Below, in pieces: positions 57,552-64,000 of a stretch of 64,000 nt of DNA (positions within the stretch are counted from its first letter, which is position 1; each line of letters begins with the position of its first letter). A program made the translations under genes and the position numbers. Source of the DNA: a virus; the IMG/VR virus record IMGVR_UViG_3300036845_000721, positions 32,001 to 96,000 of that record. One strand, 5' to 3'. The notes under the pieces are model-generated. The model was not told where the DNA came from. It did no database searches and saw only the letters and a program-made list of their open reading frames with translations.

Positions 57552-59619
57552 CGGCCGGGAGACCCCGCCGCGTGACGCCGGCGGCCGGTGGACCCCGTCC
57601 GGGCGCGATGACGGCTGGCGGCAGGAGGACAGGCCGGAACAGCCGGAGCGCCCGCATGCCCCGTCGCTGGCCCGGCACTGCGGGGAGAGCTCGCTGGTAG
57701 CCGTGCTGTCGGTGCTGCTGGCGGCCTACCTGCTCCCGGCCTCGGTGCCGATGTGGATGCCGTTGTCGGCGCTCATCGCGGTCACCACGGTCACCTGGTA
57801 CGTGACCTTCCAGATGACCCGGTCGCGGCACCTGTCCGGCTACATGCTCGCCTGGGGCCTGCTGATCACCGGCTGGTTCACCCTCGCCCGGACCGACGGC
57901 GTGCACGAGCAGGTCATCGCCCTGCTGTTCATCCCGGCGATCGTGCTGGCGTTCCTGGGCGTGCCCGCCATTAGCCGCTACCGGGAAGTGCTCGCCGCCG
58001 GGGACCAGGCCGCGCGGGACAAGGCCGGCACCGCGATCCTGCGGCACTGGGAGCAGGTCCTGGAGGCGCACGGGGCGCACGGCGCTAAGGTGCTGGACGT
58101 GGTGCGGCACGACGGCAGCCTGGAGATCCGCGGCCGTCTCCCCCGCGCCGTCCCGGGCCGGACCACGATGACCTTCGCCCAGCTGCAGGCGCTCGGCCCG
58201 GAGATCGCGGTGAGCGAGCGCCGCAACGAGGACGGGATCTACTTCTCCAAGCCCGAGGACGGGTCCGCCGCCGACTTCGTGCTGCACGTCCGGGACCGGC
58301 GGTCCGGGCAGCGGGCACCGGTCCACCTGCCGGTCCGGCACGTTCCGCTGTCCGTCAACCGGTCGTTCGGGGTGGGCGTGCTGGACAGCGGCCGGGAGTA
58401 CGGCACGCTGCTGCGCGAGAAGCACATCCAGATCATCGGCGTTACCCGGGTCGGCAAGAGCAACCTGATCAACGTGTTCATTGACCGGATCGGCGGGATG
58501 ATCGACGCGCTGATCTGGATGATCGATATGAAGGGCGGGAGGACCAGCCGCCCGTGGATCGTGCCGTGGCTGCAGGGGCTCACGCCGCGCCCGGTTATCG
58601 ACTGGATGGCCACCACCCGCGAGGAAACCAAGATCATGCTGGACACCGCGCTGCTGGCGGTGCAGACCCGGGCCGGGTACCCGGGGTTCGAGAAGATCAT
58701 CCCGTCCCGTGACACTCCGGCGATCATCCTGATCTGCGACGACGTCGGCCGCTGTTTCGGGCACGGCGTCCGGGAAGGCGGCATCAGCAACTACGGCATG
58801 TCCCAGCTCGGCGCGCAGTTCACCGAGCTGGCCGGGTCTGAGGCCGGGGTGCTGATCGGGGCCGGCCAGCGGGCCAACGTGGAGCTGTGGGGCGGCACCG
58901 CGATGAAGTCCCAGTCCGAGCTGCGGTTCGGGCTGCGGGCCACGTCGTCGGCGGACGGCGCGCAGGTTTTCCCGGATAACGCGCAGGCGGCCCGGATGGT
59001 CGCCGGGCTGCGGGACAAGGGCGACTGCCTGGTCAAGGACGGCCCGGACATCAGCCCGGTCGTGCACCTGTACCGGGTCGGCGACGCGGACCGGATCACC
59101 AAGCGGGCGCTGTGGGCCGGCGACTACCGCCCGGAACCCGAGCGGCGGCTGATCGAGGCGATGGGCAGCGCGTATTCCGAGCGCTGGGACCGGTCCGCGA
59201 GCCTGCTGGACGAGTGGCGGCGGACGGCCGGCATCCCGGAGCCGACGGAGCCTGGCGGGCCGGATGACGACGGCGACGGCGATGATTCCGATCCGGATGA
59301 CTGGGACGCGAAGCGTTTCGAGCGCGAGTTCGGCCGGATTGTCGCGCAGGTGCCGGACGCGGAGGCGCCGGCCGACCCGCGCCGGAAGGTGATGTGGCGG
59401 ATCCTGCGCGACGCCGGCTGGGCGGGCCTGAGCGTCAAGTCCATCGTCATCCGGCTGGACACCGCGGGGGCGATGACCCGGCGGGACGTCGTGCACCACT
59501 GGCTCAAGGAAGACGAGCAGAAGGGCTGGGTGCGCCGCGGGAAGCGCGGTACCCAGCCGGTGTGGATCTGGTCCGGGCACGGCGATGCGGACTACATACT
59601 GGACGCCGAGGCGATGTAG
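57529..59619 (+). CDS. traB: FtsK/SpoIIIE-family conjugative DNA translocase (actinomycete TraB type)
   Basis: N-terminal TM helices; Walker A GVTRVGKS; WMIDMKGG; Walker B ILICDD; GQRA; C-terminal winged helix; GTG after GGAGGGAGG. Confidence 0.8.
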   Translation: MSSDQDRDGRETPPRDAGGRWTPSGRDDGWRQEDRPEQPERPHAPSLARHCGESSLVAVLSVLLAAYLLPASVPMWMPLSALIAVTTVTWYVTFQMTRSRHLSGYMLAWGLLITGWFTLARTDGVHEQVIALLFIPAIVLAFLGVPAISRYREVLAAGDQAARDKAGTAILRHWEQVLEAHGAHGAKVLDVVRHDGSLEIRGRLPRAVPGRTTMTFAQLQALGPEIAVSERRNEDGIYFSKPEDGSAADFVLHVRDRRSGQRAPVHLPVRHVPLSVNRSFGVGVLDSGREYGTLLREKHIQIIGVTRVGKSNLINVFIDRIGGMIDALIWMIDMKGGRTSRPWIVPWLQGLTPRPVIDWMATTREETKIMLDTALLAVQTRAGYPGFEKIIPSRDTPAIILICDDVGRCFGHGVREGGISNYGMSQLGAQFTELAGSEAGVLIGAGQRANVELWGGTAMKSQSELRFGLRATSSADGAQVFPDNAQAARMVAGLRDKGDCLVKDGPDISPVVHLYRVGDADRITKRALWAGDYRPEPERRLIEAMGSAYSERWDRSASLLDEWRRTAGIPEPTEPGGPDDDGDGDDSDPDDWDAKRFEREFGRIVAQVPDAEAPADPRRKVMWRILRDAGWAGLSVKSIVIRLDTAGAMTRRDVVHHWLKEDEQKGWVRRGKRGTQPVWIWSGHGDADYILDAEAM

Positions 59620-59661
59620 CATGTATGCAGGTTGCTGTACGCAAAGAGCAGGAGACAGGCT

Positions 59662-59955
59662 ATGTTCCGGGTAACTCAGATCGACCTGGACGAGGGCGAG
59701 GAAATCTCCGTCCTGTACGCGGTCGCCGACTCCGCGACGGCAGAGGTCATCCGGCCGTTCACGGACCCGGCCGGCTTCGACTGCCGGACGGGCACCCTGT
59801 CGGACGGCACGGTCAGGATCCGGCTGACCATCGGCGCGGCTCACGACATCCTGGAGGTGACCGGCAAGATCCCGGGCGATAACCCGCACTGGCCGCTCAC
59901 CACGATCGTGAACAACAGCCTGTTCGGCATAATCAGCTCACTGGAAGGCTGGTGA
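59662..59955 (+). CDS. hypothetical protein
   Basis: CAGGAGACA header at 59649. Confidence 0.65.
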   Translation: MFRVTQIDLDEGEEISVLYAVADSATAEVIRPFTDPAGFDCRTGTLSDGTVRIRLTIGAAHDILEVTGKIPGDNPHWPLTTIVNNSLFGIISSLEGW

Positions 59956-59958
59956 CTC

Positions 59959-60928
59959 GTGGAACTTCCCGGCAGGGTGCAGATCGAGGTGCTGGCCGCG
60001 GGCGCCGTCGCCATCGGCGGCCTCGCCCTGTTCCGCGGTATCGCCCGGTCGGCCGCAGCGCACGCCGGCGAGATCATGACCGTCGCGCGGGACGCTGCCA
60101 CCGCCGTCATCGCCGCGGCCGGGCTGGCGGTCCTGCTGCTGACGGCCCGCACGGTTGCCCGGCAGGAAGGCCGGCACTGCGAGCCGCCGGCCCCGCAGCC
60201 CGCGCAGTACCCGCGGCCCCCGCGCCAGGCGCACCGGCCGGGCGAGGTCGTGCACACCTACACGCTGTACCCGCCCGCAGCTGAGCCCGCGCCCGTCATG
60301 GAGTCCCTGGACGACGAGGCCCTGGCCGAGACCTGGAGGCAGTGATGGTGCCGGACGATCCGGACCGGCAGGCGCTGGGCTACGCTCACGCCGAGCTGGC
60401 TGCCCGGATAACGGGCCGGGGCTGGGGTTCAGGCGGGGAGCAGCCGCCCCGGATGACAGTCGTCGTGCCGGAGTGCTCCCCGGCGCTGGCCGACCCGGCT
60501 TGCCGGGAGCAGCTGGGAGACCTGGTGCTGCTCGGCCGGGCCGAGAACATCGTCGTTGTGCTGGGAGGGGTGCCATGACGCCGTACGCCGTGTCCCTCAT
60601 CGCCGTCCTCGCGGTCGCCTGGGCGTACCACGGGATCACCGAGCATCACTGGCACCGGGCGCTGCTGCGGATCGCGGAGCCGCGCACCGTCGTGCCCCCG
60701 GTCCGGCACGAGACCCGCTGGCACGCCATGAGCCACGCTGCCCGGCTCGCGGTCGACCTGGGCCTGGCCGTGGCGGCGGTGGCCCTCGGGACCGCCTGGA
60801 AGATGCAGCCGGCGATCACCATGGTCACGCTGATCGCCGCCGCCGTCATCGCTGTTACCGTGATCGCCGTCCGGAAGCTGTCGAAATCCCTCGGCGGCCG
60901 GCGCCCCGGGAACTGGGAAGGAAACTGA
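59959..60928 (+). other. small, mostly membrane-associated genes: 59959-60345, 60342-60578, 60575-60928
   Basis: Paired hydrophobic helices in the first and third; overlap coupling. Confidence 0.6.
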
Positions 60929-60929
60929 C

Positions 60930-61046
60930 ATGGATCTCGGAAGGATCATCTTCTACGTCGTGGTGGCCTGGATCATTCTCTGGGCGCTCAACCACGGGGC
61001 GGAAGTAGCCAGCTTTTTCCACTCGTTCGTCAACTCCACCAAGTAG
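60930..61046 (+). CDS. 38-aa single-TM peptide MDLGRIIFYVVVAWIILWALNHGAEVASFFHSFVNSTK
   Basis: Translated by hand; GGAAGG RBS; fills the gap between two genes. Confidence 0.65.
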   Translation: MDLGRIIFYVVVAWIILWALNHGAEVASFFHSFVNSTK

Positions 61047-61055
61047 GAGACAGCC

Positions 61056-61364
61056 ATGCGGATCGGCACCCTGGCCGTGCTGGCCGCCGTCATCGCACTG
61101 GTGTCCCTGCTCGTGCATAACCCGCTGGGCGTTATCGGCGGCATCGGGGTGCTTGGCTACCTGCTCTCGCTGCTTATCGCCCCCAAGGTCAAGTGCCGGT
61201 CCTGCAGCGGCTCCGGGGATCACGGTGACGCGGTGGGATCGTCCGGTATCCGCAGGTGCTGGACCTGCCATGGCCGCAAGGAATACGCCCGCCTCGGTAC
61301 CCGGCTGCTCCGCCCGCAGGTGTACCAGGCGATCCAGTCCGGCCGCCATGGCAGGAACTGGTGA
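61056..61364 (+). CDS. membrane protein with DnaJ-type zinc finger
   Basis: Two TM helices, then CRSCSGSG...CWTCHG; header at 61046. Confidence 0.7.
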   Translation: MRIGTLAVLAAVIALVSLLVHNPLGVIGGIGVLGYLLSLLIAPKVKCRSCSGSGDHGDAVGSSGIRRCWTCHGRKEYARLGTRLLRPQVYQAIQSGRHGRNW

Positions 61365-62562
61365 TGACTGTGCACGACATCACGCTGACGCTCAGCCGCG
61401 AGCTGACCGAAGACGAGATCGAGGCACTGTTCGAGGCCTGCGACACCGATCCGGGAATCGAGACCGGGCCGCTCGGGACAATCGTGGAACTCCGCCTGGA
61501 AGCCCCGGCGTTCCAGGAGGCCGCCGATCGCGCGATCCGGCAGGTAACCCGGGTAATCCCGCAAGGCTGGATGATCCGGCCGGCCGGATAGACAAGATCA
61601 GGAGACAGCCATGCCAGAAAACGTCACTCACCGCGGGTTCGGCATCTACGCGGAACTCACCGACACGCACGGCAGCGAGGTGCGCGTCCAGGAATCCAGC
61701 GCCGCGGACTCCGCCTGCGTCTGGATCTTCGCTGATCACGTCCCGGCAGACAGGTATCTCAGAGCCGATCAGGCAGCCGTGCTCTCCCAGGCCGGCTTTT
61801 CGAGCCTGCACGAGCTGGCCGCGTTCCTGACCCCCAGCCCGCACCTGAACCTGGAGCAGGCCATCACGGTCCGCGACGCCCTGGACGCCTTCATCCGGGA
61901 GAACTCATGACCGGGGCTGGCGGCACGCGGCTACTGCACCTGATCCGCACCGAGCCCGGCCCGGGGGTCGCGGAGCCGACGGGCACCGTCGCCGAGGCCG
62001 TCGTGTTCAGTGACGGCACGGCGGTGCTGCACTGGCTGACCGACCCGTGCGGGACCGAGTTCTACGCATCGGAAGACGCGATGCGCGGCGTCCGTGAGCG
62101 CAGCGGCCGATCGGCGTTTGCCGAGTCCGCGACCAGGGAGCATTCATGACGGACATCAGCGACGCCCAGGTCCGCGAGATCCAGTGGGCCAGCTCGGACA
62201 GGGGCAAGGCGCAGCTGCGGGCCGCCTGGGCAGAGGCCGTCCGGCTCGGCCTGTACGACAAGGGCACGGTCGTGACCATGGCCGACGTCAGCGCGATGTT
62301 GTGGGCTGCCCGCGAGGCCGTTGCGCCGCCCGCCGGGATGGCCACCGTGCTGTCCGGCTGCCAGTACTGCCACCGGATCATCGCCCGCGCGGGCGGCAGC
62401 GGCGACGGTGACGAGTGGCGGACCCTGCCGGACCGGGCGGCCGGGGGCCAGATCCTGTTCCCCGCCGCGGCGGTCGCCTGCGCTGCCAGCCCGGATGACC
62501 GGCATCACCCGCCGGACCCGGGCCGGAACTCCGGCGCGCTGCGGCATCTCGGGGAGATGTGA
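61364..62562 (+). other. short hypothetical genes: 61364-61591, 61611-61910, 61907-62149, 62146-62562
   Basis: Coupled ORFs; header GATCAGGAGACA at 61597. Confidence 0.6.
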
Positions 62563-63152
62563 TGCACGCCCGGCTGCAGGCGGCCAGCCGCACCGCTACC
62601 TTCGGGCCGTGCCTGGGCCTGCCGCTGTACGGCTGGACTGAGCTCGGCAAGCCTGCGCAGCTGGCCGGCCTCGGCGTGATGACCGCGGTTGCCGTGCTTG
62701 TCTGGCCGCTGCTCGTCGTCTCGGTGCTGTTCTTCGTGCCCGAGCTGCTGGCGCCGGCCGGGCTGGTGCCGCGTAGCTGGCGGATCCGCTACCGGCAGCG
62801 GCACGGCCGTGTCGGCGCCGCCAGCTCCTACATTCCCAAGCGGCTGCGCCGGGTGGTCTACTTCGCCGACGGGCACCGCTGCGCCGGCTGCGGAGCCCGC
62901 CGTGTCCGGCTGCAGATCGACCACATCCGGCCGTGGGCGGCCGGCGGCCGGACCACCCTGTGGAACTGCATGTCGCTGTGCGAGCCGTGCAACGGGATCA
63001 AGTGCAACTACAGCCGGGACCGTGACGGGTACGAGCACTACGCCGGGAACCGGTACTGGATCCGGGACGCCCGGCAGATCCTGCGCCGGGAGCGCCGCCA
63101 CCGGCTGAACCCGGTGCGCTGGACCCGTGCGGCCTGGGCGCTGGGATCATGA
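62559..63152 (+). CDS. HNH endonuclease with N-terminal hydrophobic segment
   Basis: CAGCG...LQIDHIRPWAAGGRTTLWNCMSLCEPCNGIK; LGVMTAVAVLVWPLLVVSVLFFV. Confidence 0.85.
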   Translation: MMHARLQAASRTATFGPCLGLPLYGWTELGKPAQLAGLGVMTAVAVLVWPLLVVSVLFFVPELLAPAGLVPRSWRIRYRQRHGRVGAASSYIPKRLRRVVYFADGHRCAGCGARRVRLQIDHIRPWAAGGRTTLWNCMSLCEPCNGIKCNYSRDRDGYEHYAGNRYWIRDARQILRRERRHRLNPVRWTRAAWALGS

Positions 63153-63589
63153 CGGCGGCCGTTCCGGTCCCGCCGCTCAGCGGGAAGCTGCTCGGCGTGC
63201 AGGAGACGGCTGACCGGCTGGGCGTGCACGCGAACACCGTGCGGAACTGGGTCAGGGCCGGGCGGCTCCGCGCGGCCAGGCCATTGCCGGGGCTGAAGTT
63301 CGATCCGGCTGAGGTGGAGCGGGTCCTGCGGAGCATGGCCGGCCGGGACCTGGCCAGTATCCAGCGCGGTAACGCCACGGTCGGGATCCTGGTGGTGGTC
63401 CGGCTGCCGGACATGATGACGCCGGAAGACGCTGTTAACGAGGTCCGCCGCGGGATCGAGTTCGGAGAGCCGCGGGTGGGACTGCACTTCGTTGTCCCGG
63501 ACGCCCGGGAACAGGAGGAATTATGGCTGAGCGGGTGCAGGTCTCGGTGCGGATGCACGGCCCGACGCACCGGGCCTGGAACGAGATAA
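63149..63589 (+). CDS. MerR/excisionase-like HTH protein
   Basis: LLGVQETADRLGVHANTVRNWVRAGRLRA...FDPAEVER. Confidence 0.8.
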   Translation: MTAAVPVPPLSGKLLGVQETADRLGVHANTVRNWVRAGRLRAARPLPGLKFDPAEVERVLRSMAGRDLASIQRGNATVGILVVVRLPDMMTPEDAVNEVRRGIEFGEPRVGLHFVVPDAREQEELWLSGCRSRCGCTARRTGPGTR

Positions 63590-63837
63590 CGGCGCTGAAC
63601 GGCCGGATGTCCAAGGAAGACACCCTGGACCAGCTGCTGCGCCGCGGGCTGGCCGTGACGTACCGCGAGCTGGGCATCGAGCGCGACCCGGCGGAAACGG
63701 CCGCGGAGCTGCTGGCGGCCCTGGCCGAGGCCTGGGGCGCCGAGCTGTCGGACGACGAGCTCGCCGCGTTCGGGACCGTCCAGGCAGCACTGGCCCGTAT
63801 CGTGCAGGTGCGCGCCCGGGACGCGGAAACGTCATGA
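63523..63837 (+). CDS. possible ribbon-helix-helix protein
   Basis: VQVSVRM..PTHRAW...SKEDTLDQLLRRGL. Confidence 0.45.
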   Translation: MAERVQVSVRMHGPTHRAWNEITALNGRMSKEDTLDQLLRRGLAVTYRELGIERDPAETAAELLAALAEAWGAELSDDELAAFGTVQAALARIVQVRARDAETS

Positions 63838-64000
63838 GCTCAGGGAACCTGGACCAGGCGGGTGACGCGCTCACGGGCGCGTTCCACGCGGCGGATGCCC
63901 GCGAGCTGGGCAGCATAATCGAGTCCCTGCCGGAGCTCACCCGGGTGCTGCACGAGGGGCTGGTCACCCTGGACGGCGAGGTCACCGAACGGGCCGGCCC
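63834..64000 (+). CDS. helical hypothetical protein, 3'-truncated
   Basis: ATG at 63834 overlaps the upstream stop; open to the window end. Confidence 0.5.
   Translation, partial: MSSGNLDQAGDALTGAFHAADARELGSIIESLPELTRVLHEGLVTLDGEVTERAG

Larger units (their letters stand above)
4011..61610. promoter_or_regulatory. start-associated sequence (GAT)CAGGAGACA, an extended Shine-Dalgarno header
   Basis: About 30 or more exact or near-exact copies a few nt upstream of starts, e.g. 13611, 14564, 15539, 23452, 27230, 32257, 37509, 45421, 48131 (- strand) and 4011, 59648, 61046, 61598 (+ strand). Confidence 0.85.

Noticed and set aside
1-64000. tRNA, rRNA, integrase, terminase, capsid and tail genes
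   Set aside because: No supporting motifs were seen by eye; tRNAscan-SE and HMM searches would be needed to exclude divergent copies

Overview
This is a very GC-rich window that reads as part of an actinobacterial phage or phage-plasmid. It has three blocks. (1) 1-13379, + strand: a phage-type replication/recombination operon encoding a Cas4/RecB-like exonuclease, an actinophage-type SSB with long Pro/Gln tails, an SNF2-like helicase, a RuvC-like resolvase, a GIY-YIG protein, and a single ~1450-aa ORF fusing a Toprim primase, a P-loop helicase and a family-A DNA polymerase. It ends in a DUF1906/GH25-like muramidase. (2) 13382-50212, - strand: about 70 mostly short genes. Many begin with a conserved (GAT)CAGGAGACA ribosome-binding header, and two families of palindromic sites recur: TTCCGG-N4-CCGGAA (15 copies found, 13 in this block) and GAGTGCA-N4-TGCACTC (12 copies found). 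The block includes a SPOUT RNA methyltransferase, a RyR-domain protein, HNH and GIY-YIG nucleases, HTH proteins, and a ~140-nt structured-RNA candidate. (3) After a ~1.6-kb non-coding, repeat-rich divergent control region (17-bp x 8.6 tandem array, TCACAC arrays), the + strand carries an HNH gene flanked by a ~70-bp direct repeat. It is followed by an actinomycete conjugation-like module (membrane proteins, an Arg-rich protein, an FtsK/TraB translocase, candidate clt repeats). I found no terminase, capsid, tail, integrase, tRNA, rRNA or CRISPR array, so the phage versus plasmid/ICE status cannot be settled from this window. All family assignments are motif recognition by eye, not database results.
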